NCBI RefSeq assembly: GCF_001194135.2
Contig: NC_068983.1
Coordinates: 167,559,501-167,622,437, forward strand
Source: Octopus bimaculoides
Lineage: Eukaryota
DNA length: 62,937 bases
Reading direction: 5' to 3'
Shown piece after piece: positions 12,153 to 24,454 of the stretch (position 1 is the first letter of the stretch; each line of letters opens with the position of its first letter). The translations under genes and the position numbers were made by a program. The notes below the pieces were generated by a model. It was not told where the DNA came from and did not search any database. It was given only the letters and a program-made list of their open reading frames with translations.

Positions 12153-13783
12153 TATAGACACATATATACATCTATATACAGATATATATATACACACACA
12201 CACATATATCCAAATATTAGGGAAAAACTCGGATCTTGTGTGAATTTTCCGACGTCCTCTCCCCACAAATTTCTTTATAATCNNNNNNNNNNNNNNNNNN
12301 NNNNNNNNNNNNNNNNNNNNNNNNNNNNNNNNNNNNNNNNNNNNNNNNNNNNNNNNNNNNNNNNNNNNNNNNNNNNNNNNNNNNNNNNNNNNNNNNNNNN
12401 NNNNNNNNNNNNNNNNNNNNNNNNNNNNNNNNNNNNNNNNNNNNNNNNNNNNNNNNNNNNNNNNNNNNNNNNNNNNNNNNNNNNNNNNNNNNNNNNNNNN
12501 NNNNNNNNNNNNNNNNNNNNNNNNNNNNNNNNNNNNNNNNNNNNNNNNNNNNNNNNNNNNNNNNNNNNNNNNNNNNNNNNNNNNNNNNNNNNNNNNNNNN
12601 NNNNNNNNNNNNNNNNNNNNNNNNNNNNNNNNNNNNNNNNNNNNNNNNNNNNNNNNNNNNAACAGAATTTCAAATTTTCTATGAGGAAACTCCAAAACTG
12701 ATTCATACACTTTGTGTGTTTGGGCGAATGAACAGAGAAAATATGCTAGAAATATGTTTCTCCATACCTGTCGTCTTCATCGGGTTTGCTTTTTCCCTTT
12801 TAAAGGTAAAACCGTCCTGAGAGAAGCAAACACGATATTCAATAATATGTTTGTGTTCTTCATTGAGAAAGAATAAAAACTTCTTGGGATCTCTTTCATG
12901 TGTATTCTGCCCACCGCCCCCAAAAGTTGGTATATTCGGAATCTACATGATATAAAACATATTCGTAGAAAATTTCATTAAAAAATATTCATTTTTCTTA
13001 AAGTTCTGATCATCCAAAGTCGGGAGGGAGGGAACAGGAATCTATAGTTATGCCGAGATTTTAAGTGCACGGTCCCCGCAAAGTTGACCACAATCGATCC
13101 AGAGAGGATAAGTTTTTTTGTAAAACAGATACTCCAGATCACTTCCAAGGACACCGTGAAAAGAAATCTGAAAAATCTCCATCAAAACGGGAGAAATTCC
13201 AACTTGTTAGCGCTTCCTGACTCCAAAGTCGGCCAATGTATGTCTTTAGGTTGTCTTTGTGTTTGACACTCCGTCACCGCTTATAAACCGTTGTTGCTCG
13301 ACATTATTATTTACAATGAAGAGAGAGATGTGTGTCCTCATCGTACTTATTGTTATCACAATGTTTCAGCTGATCTACTACTCTCCAGCCTTCATCATGT
13401 TTTCTGCTGGAATTTTCGAACCCAGCATCTTTATTTGACGGTTGGATGTTAACTGTGTAGAAAACGAAAAAGAGTTGGCGCAAACGAATCTGGTGGCGGG
13501 GGGCTTTCGGAAAATGCAGAAGATCCGATTTTTCCCTCATAACTTTCGGAAAAATGGATATACATTGATTTTTTTTATGGAATCCCACGGTTTTGGTTAT
13601 GGAGGATCCGATTCTGAAAAAAAAAATAAAGAAAAAATTTCAAAAATCGCATTTTCAAAATTTAAGTTCAGCTGTTAGATTTGGCTGTTATTTCTTGCAT
13701 GTGGATAGCCTGCTTGAAGGCCAAGGCCGTAGAATTGTGAGGGGAGGGGTTATGGGGTTATATATATGTATATATATATATAG

Positions 13784-13837
<54 letters not shown>

Positions 13838-14387
13838 TATGAGAGGTAATGGTGTCATTGAGACCCAAAGGTATCAGGTAATGCTGAGTAAGGGCTATGG
13901 ATAGACCAGCTGTATCCTAATATGCCACATATTTTATGCACTTTAGAAATAATCCCTGATGGACTAGGGGCTTTCACAGTCTTCATATTCTTAACTACTA
14001 TCAAGAAGAATGGTTGAACCCTCACTTATGTTCACATTAGGACAGCTCTCTCACATTTCATATTTGCAAGCCATTCGTTTTCACTTTTAGATAGCAGGGG
14101 CGTATGAATCAATTTTGGAGTTTCCTCATAGAAAATTTGAAATCAATTATTTTCTTTTTTCCATATTCTTAATCTTCATATTTTTCCATGTAGATTGAAA
14201 AAAAAAAATCAAAAAAAGTTAAAATTTAAAAATTTGGGGTGGAGAGGGGGAATTGAAAATTTTGAAAATATGGTTTTTTGGCATATTCAAAATCTCTGTC
14301 ATCGAAAACATGAGAATCTGCTAAAAAAATTTCGTAAATAAAAAAGGTCTATTTTCTCATGTAGGTGTACTTGTAAACAATAACCCT

Positions 14388-14750
14388 ATCATCATCGTTT
14401 AACGTCCGCTTTCCATGCTAGCATGGGTTAAACGATTTGATTGAGGACTGGTGGACCAGGTGGCTATACCAGGCTCCAATCTGATTTGGCAGCGTTTCTA
14501 CAGCTGGATACCCTTCCTAATGCCAACCACTCCGAGAGTGTAGTGGGTGCTTTTACGTGGCCGATGCCAGTGTTGAGTATGCACACTGACATTACTCATC
14601 CATCGGAGCATACTGGCTTCATTCCTTGCGAGCTTACGCATGTCCTCAGCAGTCACGGCCCATGTTTCACTGCCAAGTAGCATGACTGTTCGTACACATG
14701 CGTCATACAGTCTGCCTTTTAATCTGAGTGATAGACCATTTGTCACCAGC
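14388..14750 (-). mobile_element. RTE LINE 3' tail plus RT C-terminal fragment
   Basis: The plus strand starts ATCATCGTTTAACGTCCGCTTTCCATGCTAGC (reverse complement of the family tail). ORF fragment LSLRLKGRLYDACVRTVMLLGSETWAV. Confidence 0.8.
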
Positions 14751-15944
14751 AGAGGTTTGACTCCAAAAGGATGAAAGTCAGAGTTGATGTCAGCAAGATT
14801 TGGAATTCAGAACATAAAGACAGACAAAATATGCTGCTAATTATTTTGTCTGGTATGCTAACGATAATTAATCACAAGTACACATGATGTGTAAGTTTTT
14901 AACAAACACATGCTCAGCGTTATGTTTATGATGACATCTATTTTATCAACCTGTTCTGCTGTTCATTGGCATAGTCTTACTTCTCCAGTTACCAAGCCAC
15001 AACCTGAGCAACTTGTTTGGTTTATCGTAACTCCTGCCATTGCCTTGTATTCTTTTAAAATGGAATCACCTACCTGAACTTCCACGGTGTCTGACACCTC
15101 GAGTGTGGTGTCATCAACATCTGCCAACACAGCTCTCCTGCATCCCAGTTCAGAGAGGATGCCTTACAACAGTCCTAGCTCCTGCAGCAAATGCCAGAAT
15201 GTATAGAAGAGACGAGAGAGGACAGCCCTGATGGATTGAGCACTAGATATGAAATGATTCTGAGAGTTGACCATTTATTTTTACCACCGAGCAAGCACCA
15301 ATGTGCTAATTCTTTCTACTATAGGCACAAGTCCTGAAAAATTGGGGTAGGTGGTTAGTCAATTAAATCGACCCTTCACTCAACTGGTACCTATTTTATC
15401 AACTCCAAAAAGATGAACGACAAAGGGAGGACATTGTAGTGAAAGATGACTTCTTTGATGAGAAATATATGAATAACAGGAAATCTAAATGGTAAAGAAT
15501 TGTCTGAGTGTCGGGTAGAATGTTTCACAGTATTTGTTCTCATATCTGTTGCTCAAATCCTATCAAGGTCACCTCTGCCTTTTGTTTCTTCAGGGTCAAT
15601 AAAAAAAAGTACCAATCAAAAGACAGTGGTAGAGTTGTAAGAAAGTTGGATGCCTTGAAGTATTTGTTCCAACTTTTTATGTTCTCAATTCAACTCTCAC
15701 CATGGTCTACTCAGGTGATAGACTTAAGCTGTTGACCAGTTCTGACCCTTTGAGGGCTTTTAGCTGAATTTACTCTGCTACAAGTATGCAGGCCCTGTTT
15801 TCTTCCTTGCCACACTTATCAGCCTCAAAGGCCCTGTATCAGGTCATGAGCAATGCTTTCTCTCCAGAATCAAAATTTCTATTTAACAAATCTCAAAAAT
15901 ATTCCTGTAATCAAGAAATAACGAGATAATATATATTTCAGTAC

Positions 15945-16150
15945 CGCCTGAATGGTCTTCGTGCCGGTGGCACGTAAAAGCACCCACCACACTCTCAGAG
16001 TGGTTGGCATTAGGAAGGGCATTCAGCCGTAGAAACTCTGCCAGATCAGATTGGAGCCTGGTGTAGCCATCTGGCTCACCAGTCCTCAGTCAAATCGTTC
16101 AGCCCATGCTAGCATGGAAAGCGGACGTTAAACGATGATGATGATGATGA
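15945..16150 (+). mobile_element. Short copy of the LINE/SINE 3' tail ending in (GAT)n
   Basis: GGCACGTAAAAGCACCCAC...GGAAAGCGGACGTTAAACGATGATGATGATG. Confidence 0.85.
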
Positions 16151-16904
16151 AACTTACTTGATGCTTGATGGTAACTTTCTATTTATTATTATTCACTGAG
16201 AACAATAAATATTATTTAAAGTTCTAAGGGAAAATTAGGTTATATATTTTGTACATGTTTGTATGTGTGTGTGTGTGTATGAGAGTGAGAAAGAGAGATT
16301 GTGTGAGTGTTACTCAGTAACACACACAATCTCTGTCGTTCTCAATCTTATAAACACCAAATACTTATCAGAAAATCTTCTTTTCACCACCAACTGATAA
16401 TTTTGCAAGATAAAACCCCTTAATAGAGAGTGGAGTTTGTGCAGAGAATAAGGCACTTATACAAGCAAATGTACATACACAATAAGCTGTATTGTTGGTG
16501 TTTTTGATTTGTTTCTTTAACAATTTCAAAGGTCATTTCTTTTCATAGATCAGTTGTGACCTTTTGGGTTCATCTCTATAGTTTTAACCTTTGACCTTTC
16601 TGGATCACATCTATGTATTGCTATCCTTTGATCATGTGTTTGTTTTGTGTGTGTATTTTTTTTACTCGTTTCAGTGATTTGACAGTGGCCATGCTGGAGC
16701 AATGCCTCAAAGGGTTTTAGTCAAACAAATCAACCCCAGGACTGTATTTCTTGAGCCTAGTACTTATTCTCTTTTGCCAGATCGCTAAGTTACAGGGATA
16801 TAAACATACCAATACTGTTGTCAAAGGTGATGGGGGTGACAAACAGGGGGCACTGACTGCAGCTACGATTTTGGTTTTACTTGACTCAACAGCTCTTCTC
16901 ATAT

Positions 16905-18565
16905 CATATTGCCCGACGCATCAAGGGTACTCTTAAATGGGCCCGGACATGCAACACTGGCATCGGCCATGGCTGCAATCTGACTTTAGTTGCCAGGTCT
17001 TCTCAATCACAGCATATCTCCAAAGGTCTCGGTCTCTGTGAGGCTCAACGTTCGAAGGTCATGCTTCACCACCTCGTCCCATGTCTTCCTGGGCCTACCT
17101 CTTCCACAGGTTCCTTCCACAGTTAGGGTGTGGCACTTCCTCACACAGCTGTCCTTATCCATATGTAACACATGACCATTCCAGTACAGTTGTCTCTCTT
17201 GCACACCACATTTAATGCTTCTTATGTCCAACTTTTCTCTCAGGGTGCTCACACCCTGTCATGTATGCACACTGATATTACACATCCAGTGAAGCATACT
17301 AGCTTCATTTCTTTCAAGCCTACACATGTCCTCAGTAGTCATGGTCCATGTTTCACTGTCATGTAGCGTGGCATTTTGCACCCATGCATCATATAGTCTA
17401 CTTTTCCTCCTGAGCGAGAGGCCCTTAGTTGCCAGCAGAGGTAGGAGCTCTTATTCTAACCGCCAAACTCTCAGAGTATCCACCCCCACTACAGACTTGG
17501 GCGCCTAGGTAGCGGAAGGTATCAACTACTTGTTTTTCCCCCTGGCATGTGATGGAATCTGTTTCCTGTACATCTTCAGTGTTTATTGCCCCTGTATATC
17601 TGCCACATGCAAAAACTATCTTCGCTGTTAACCTTCCTTTGATATTACTGCACCTTTTATGTGTCCATAGCTTACACTGGGTACATCATATGAAGTTTCT
17701 ACCCATGCCTTTTCTACAGATCAAGCAGGGCCATCTACCTGAAGGTGTTTGTGATTTGTCAGCCTTCCTACTTACTAGGACTTTGGTTTTTGCTAGGTTG
17801 ACTCTAAGGCCCTTCGATTTTAGACTTTGCTTCCACACCCTAAATTTCGTCTCTAGTTCTGGTAGTAACTTGGCTATTAGAGCAAGGTCATCAGCATAGA
17901 AGAGCTCCCAGGGACAGCCTGTCTTGAATTCCTTTTATTGCCTGGAGGACTATGATGAATAAGAGGGGGCTGAGGACTGATCCTTGGTGAAACCCTACTT
18001 CTGCCTGGAATTCTTCACTCGTTACCAACCCTCACCTTACTGACAGCATCCCTGTACAGGGCTTGTACAGCTCTTACCAAACACTCGTCTTTCCCCAGTT
18101 TCTGCATTGACCACCAGATAAGGGATCAGGGGACCTTGTCAAAGGCTTTCTCCATGTCAACAATGGCCAAGTACAGAGGTTTGTCTTTGGCTAGGTACTT
18201 CACCTGCAGCTGCCTTGCCAGAAATATAGTATCAGTATGGCACAAACCATACTGCATCTCATCTAGGCTAATTCTCTCCTTAATTAGTTGGATTATGACC
18301 CTTTCTGTAACTTTCATCACCTGATCCAATAATTTGATACCCCTGTAGTTATTTCTGTCTAAAGTATCACCTTTACCTTTGTAGCAGTTGACTATGGTGC
18401 TGCTACACCAGTCATTGGGTATGACTCTTTCATGAACTACCCAATTTACGATGCGAATGACAAAACCATAACGCACACCACCCGATATTTTAAGCATCTC
18501 AGTGGTGATTCCTGATGGACCTGGGGCTTCCCCTGTCTTCATATCTTTATTTGCTTTATTATCAA
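16905..18565 (-). mobile_element. RTE-type LINE (RT to C-terminus), degenerate, in DERA intron 1
   Basis: Minus-strand KGKGDTLDRNNYRGIKLL, LYLAIVDMEKAFDKVP, YADD region and GRGRPRKTWDEVV. Confidence 0.92.
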
Positions 18566-18688
18566 TATTATTAATAAAAAACAAATAAGTGTTTGGTTGC
18601 TACACTTTGATAGCATTTGATGTTCGTAGCTAACTCGTGGACCTCTCTTTAACATTTAACTTGTAAAACCTTTTATATTTCTTTTCAG

Positions 18689-18786
18689 ATGAAACTTGGC
18701 TTCAAAATGTCTATATGAACTTTCCGGCCATTCAAAGACGTGCTAACACTCTTGGTACACGTCGTACTGTGAAGAAACAATGGCAG
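18689..18786 (+). CDS. DERA: DERA exon 2 (DETWLQNVYMNFPAIQRRANTLGTRRTVKKQWQ)
   Basis: Acceptor TTTTCAG, donor CAG|GTAAAA, 98 nt. RRTVKKQWQ motif. Confidence 0.95.
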
Positions 18787-20769
18787 GTAAAAAAAAACAG
18801 AACAAAAACTTTCCTTTGTTATCTTTGTTCCTGTATAATAAATGACTAAGCTCACCTGTCACTTCTTGAGTACCAATAAATCAGATTGCTATCTAAACAA
18901 GTTACTATTTAGATAAAGAATTATTTGATGGCGGGGGGGGGGCCTAAAAAAATCATTTATTTTTTTTTCTGAAAACCGTTACTGCATATATCATATAAGT
19001 CACACTTTTTCAAAGGAATGTCTCAAAAATACCCCAGGCCCTAAATACAAAGTTGGGCCTTCCACAAGCTTTAACATTCAGACTATTCTGTCAAAATATT
19101 GTGTTTATTTATTCACATTGTTTGGAATTAATCATGGATTATCTTGTAGCTTTGAGATTCTGATGATGTGATTGTTTATCGTTGGTGTAAAAGGTCAGAT
19201 CTGGTCAGTTTGAATAAAAAACAGAATATTTTGGCTGAATATGGCCATTTGAAATGTGAAAAGGCTAATGCACTAAAACTTTTTTTTTTCCTGAATATGC
19301 ACTGCTAAAGTTGGGTTCTGTCTAATATGCCTTTGTGTCTTTTATTCCATCAAATACAGTAATATGTACTTTGGAAGTTTAGAATTTTCCTATGAAGTTC
19401 AATAAGAAGCCTCCTTTTAGACATTAAAGTAACACAGATGGCTGTTGGAATGATTTGTGTTGAATGTTATGAATTATTAGTTTGAACATCTTCAGATGTT
19501 AAAATATCTTATGGGTCATCTTATCATTTATAAATGATATTATACTCATTTTATAAAATGTAAATGGGGTTGAGAGATAAATCCAATAATTTTTTTACAA
19601 TTTATTTTAAACCTTACTCATCCAGTGAAGATAACAGGTGAAAGTATCATGAGAGTGTCCCATCTACTGGGCCAATTCCCTGGTGGATTGGCACAAATCC
19701 TTATAGATGAGCTTGTTCAATTCTCATTGAACTGAATAGGTTGGCCAGAATACAGAAAAATCTGTGAAATTGAATTTTCCCTCCTTGAAGCATGAAAATC
19801 ATTTCAGTTCTTTAAAAGTGTCTTCTCTGTACACAGAACAAATGTCTCAACTGGCTTTGGCAACTTGATTGAAAGATGGCCTTGTGTCTGAAAAGAGATC
19901 AAATTCAGATTTCAAAAATGATTAACAAAAGTCGTGGAGGAAGAACAGGGTTACAAAAAAAAAAAAAAAACTACAATAAGAATATTTTTGGTGTTAATTC
20001 AAATAACATTTGAAAGAAGTGGATAAATTTTTCTTGACAACCTAATAAATTGAAATAGTGTAAAAATGTATAAATTTTACATTCTGAATATTCTTCTCTT
20101 TACTTTCAATGACGTGTGAAATTCAGTTAATTAAATCTTGTGATAAAAATAGTTGTGTGTGTCAAGTGGTATTGCTAATTACTAAGATGTTGGATTCATT
20201 TAGATTCCTAAAGTTTAGTCTTCACTCGATATCAACATGTTAAGCACAACTAATTGTAAAATATGAAAAATATTTTCACACTTACCAAACTGAACCTGAA
20301 ATAATCTCTGTCACCTATTTACATAATTTTTTTCTTTTTCCTTATCTTCCAGCATCCTTCATTCATTGATGCTCATCACTTCTCCAATTATCTCTTATTG
20401 TCTCTCAACTTCCTGTTGTTTAATTAACAAATCATACTTGACTTACACCTGAATTGATGGTATTCTCCTCCACTTTGTGTTTGTTTTTCTCGACTATTCA
20501 CAAACACAATTTGTCCACAGCTTTCACATAGTTTGCTTTTTGTTTGTGGAAAGAAGCTTTTTGCCAAAGCAAAGAACCAAGTTATTATCCTAAAGGATTC
20601 ACTTACATGGTTCAACATTGAATTCTTGTGAGATGAACTCAAAGAAAAGACTATCATCATGAGAAGAACACTCTCTCTAGCCATTTTCTTTTTATTCCCT
20701 TTTATTAATTACAATTACTTGATATTTGTTCTTGTCGTTTGTGTGGTAAAAATTTTCTCTGACTTTCAG

Positions 20770-20917
20770 GCTGCCTGGTTGCTCAGAGCTGTAACCTGTA
20801 TAGATTTGACCACTTTGTCTGGTGATGACACTTATTCCAATGTTGATAGACTTTGTTTTAAAGCAAAACATCCAATCCAAACTACTTTACTCAAAAGTCT
20901 TCAAATGCTTGACAAAG
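20770..20917 (+). CDS. DERA: DERA exon 3 (AAWLLRAVTCIDLTTLSGDDT...MLDK)
   Basis: Acceptor TTTCAG, donor AAG|GTGGGT, 148 nt. IDLTTLSGDDT DeoC motif. Confidence 0.97.
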
Positions 20918-21103
20918 GTGGGTTGACATGTTTTTTCAGTTTTACACCTGTTTTTCCATGAATTATAGACATTTATATCATTACCATCAAATGTCCACTT
21001 TTTCATGCTCACATGGGTCAGATGACGAGATTTTTCTGTGGCTGAATGTTCTTCATGTTGTTGACCCTAACCTGTTTCCAAGTAAGGTAATATTTCTCCA
21101 TGG

Positions 21104-23012
21104 TCAAATTGCTGGATTAGGTGATGAAGGTCACGGAGAGGGTCATAGCCCAACTAATTAGGAAGCGAGTCAGTTTAGATGAGATGCAGTTTAGTTTTGT
21201 GCCAGGTAGAAGCACCACTGATGCTATATTTCTGGTACGGCAACTGCAGGAGAAATACCTAGCCAAAGATAAACCCCTATATTTGGCTTTTGTGGACTTG
21301 GAGAAAGCCTTTGACAGGGTCCCCCAATCCCTTATCTGGTGGGGCTGTACAGGCCCTATACGGCGATGCCATCAGTAGGGTTAGGATTGGAAATAAGTAT
21401 AGTGAAGAATTCCGGGTAGAAGGAGGGATCCACCAAGAGTCAGCCCTGTGCCTCCTCTTATTCATCATAGTCCTCCAGGCAATAACAGAGGAATTCAAGA
21501 CAGGTTGCCCCTGGGAGCGCCTCTATGCTGATGATCTGGCCCTCATAGCAGAATCACTACCAGAACTAGAGAAGAAACTTCAAATTTGGAAGCAAGGTTT
21601 AGAATCGAAGAGCCTTAGAGTCAATGTTGCAAAGACCAAAGTTCTAGTAAGTAGAAAGGCGAACACATCACACACCCCTTCAGGTAGGTGGCCCTGCTGG
21701 ATCTGTAGATAAGGTGTAGGTAGAAATTCCATAAGATGTACCCAGTGTAAGCTATGGACACATAAGCAGTGCAGCAATATCAGAGGAAGATTAACCGGGA
21801 AGACAGCTCTCACGTGCAGCAGATGCACAGGGGCAATAAACACCACAGATGCTCAGAATACAGACTCCATCACATGCCAGGGGCAGAAACTGGAAGTAGT
21901 TGATAGCTTCCACTACCTAGGGGACCAAGTCTGTAGTGGGGGTGGATGCTCAGAGAGTGTTACTACTAGAATAAGAATAGCCTGGGCAAAGTTCAGAAAG
22001 CTTCTACCCATACTGGTGACAAAGAGCCCCTTGCTCAGAGTGAAAGGTAGATTGTACAATGCATGTGTGCGAACTGCCATGCTTCACGGCAGTGAAACAT
22101 GGACCGTGATTGCTGAAGACATGTGTAGGCTTGAAAGAAATGAAGCTAGCATGATCTGCGTGATGTGTAATGCCAGTGTGCACACACGACAGAGTGTAAG
22201 TGCCTTGAGAGAAATGTTAGACACAGGAAGCATCGGATGTGGCATGCAAGAAAGACGTTTGCGTTGGTATGGTCATGTACTACGGATGGATGAGGAGAGC
22301 TGTGTGAAGAAGTGCTACTCCCAAACAGTGGAAGGAATCCAGGGTAGAGGGAGACCCAGGAAAACATGGGATGAGGTGATGAAGCATGACCTTTGAACGT
22401 TGGGCCTCACAGAGGCAATGACAAAGGACTGAAACCTCTGGAGGTATGCTGTGACTGAGAAGACCTGGCAAATAAAGTGAATCCACAGCTGTAACCTACA
22501 CCAGCATCGCAAAACCAGCCCATTCAAAAGTACCTTGGATCATAAGGCAACATGCCGTGCTTGAGGAGACCTATTAAGTCAAATACATCGACATCAGCAA
22601 TATCAAAATCAAATCAAATGGAAATTGTAGTTGTGAGCCCCATGCCAGTAGCACATAAAAAGCACCATCCGAACGTGGTCGATGCTGGTGCTGCCTTGAC
22701 TGGCTTCTGTGCCAGTGGCACGTAAAAAGCACCATCTGATCGTGGTCGATGCCAGCTCCTCTGGCCCCTGTGTAAAAAGCACGCACTACACTCTCGGAGT
22801 GGTTTGCATTTGAAAGGGCATCCAGTTGTAGAAACACTGCCAGATCAGATTNNNNNNNNNNCGGAGTGGTTTGCATTTGAAAGGGCATCCAGTTGTAGAA
22901 ACACTGCCAGATCAGATTGGAGCCTGGTGCAGCCTCCTGACTTCCCAGACCCCAGTTGAACTGTCCAACCCATGCCAGCATGGAAAACGGATGTTAAACG
23001 ATAATGATGATG
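21104..23012 (+). mobile_element. 5'-truncated RTE-type LINE with 3'UTR and (GAT)n tail, in DERA intron 3
   Basis: LYLAFVDLEKAFDRVP, LYADDLAL, SKSLRVNVAKTK, PHD-like finger, DSFHYLG, HGSETW, GRPRKTW, then UTR repeats and tail. Confidence 0.93.
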
Positions 23013-23715
23013 ATGAATTGTGGCATAATAAACTTGCTAAGTTATGTCACTGGAATGACATCCTTTGAATGCAATTATAAACATTTACTACCACTATTAC
23101 TATGTCAACAATAAATAAGTACAATTAAAACAGGTGTTGATAGGGCTGACACCTTTTAGAAATGCATAGATTTGGTTCTTAGTTTTGTACTTCAAAGGAT
23201 TTTAAAAAAATAATTCGTCTCCCATGTTGATGTGGGTTGGACAGTTGAACAAGACTGCATCATGCTCCAAGACTGGCATGGTTTGTACCTCTGGACGTCC
23301 TTCCAAACAGCAGCCACTTTACACAGTGTGCTGGGTGCTTTTTCATGGCATCAATACTTGAGAGGTTACCAAATAACTTACAAAACTAAAAGAGCCATCT
23401 CAAATGAGAGAAGCAAATGGCTTTGTGTTATGTGTTAAGTGGTTATAATTTTGATAGCAGGACTGGCATGGGTTTGTTGTAGAGGAAATTCTTGACTGCC
23501 TTGTGTTATATAGGAGTGGGTGGGAGTAAGTGAGAGATAAAGATGATGATGACAAAATGTTGGAGTGTAGTGTCAAGGTAGCAGAAGGGGAATAGAAGAG
23601 AGTGGGGAGAGAAGATCAAGACTGAGGTTGCAAGTGTGGTTGTGGATGGGTAAAGATGATTACAATTTATTTGTTAGATCTGTTTTTCAGTCGTTTTTGA
23701 ATTCTTTTCTGGCAG

Positions 23716-23814
23716 ATATTAGAACAGCTGCTGTTTGCGTTTATCCCAACCGAGTGGCTGACTGCATCAAAGCTCTAAAGAAAGCAAATGCTTCCAATAT
23801 TCCAGTCGCATCTG
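23716..23814 (+). CDS. DERA: DERA exon 4 (DIRTAAVCVYPNRVADCIKALKKANASNIPVAS)
   Basis: Acceptor GGCAG, donor CTG|GTAAGT, 99 nt. AAVCVYP motif. Confidence 0.97.
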
Positions 23815-24067
23815 GTAAGTGGACGTATTTCTATAGAATTTTCAGGTAACTATGGCATTGCACCATCTATGTAGTTTCTTCATTGGCCTTACTCTAATAA
23901 GTGTGTATGATGATAATAATGATAATAATAATGATAATAATAATAAATGATAACCATAAATAATAAGAGAACACAGTTTTCAATCATTGAAAGATTCTGT
24001 TGAAAGTTTGCTTTTATCATTCCATTTTCAAAAAAATTAAATGATCAATTTTCTATAATTCACTTAG

Positions 24068-24202
24068 TGGCCACTGGATTTCCAACAGGACAATGTGGCC
24101 TTGAAAGCCGGCTGCAAGAAATCAAGCAGGCTGTTGCTGCTGGTGCCACTGAGATAGACATTGTCATCAACCGACAACTAGCTCTTACTGGTGACTGGAA
24201 AG
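24068..24202 (+). CDS. DERA: DERA exon 5 (VATGFPTGQ...GATEIDIVINRQLALTGDWK)
   Basis: Acceptor CTTAG, donor AAG|GTGAGT, 135 nt. GFP.G and GATEIDIVIN motifs. Confidence 0.97.
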
Positions 24203-24454
24203 GTGAGTGGTCTGTTAAGAAAACAGCAACAGTTTCAGTTTACTTTCTGATAGAATATCTATGTGTGATGTCCCATGGCTGTGTGGTTAAGAAGTTTGCT
24301 TCCCAACCATATGGCTTTGGATTCAGTCCTACAGTGTGGCAGCACCTTGGGCATGTGTCTTCTGCAATAGCTTTGAGTCAATGAAGGCCTTGTGAGTGAA
24401 TTTGGTGGATGGAAACTGAAAAAAACCCCTTTGTTTGCATATGTGTGTGTGGTA

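Noticed and set aside
22796-22920. Direct duplication of ~55 bp either side of a short N run
   Set aside because: Typical overlapping contig ends around a placeholder gap, so an assembly artefact.
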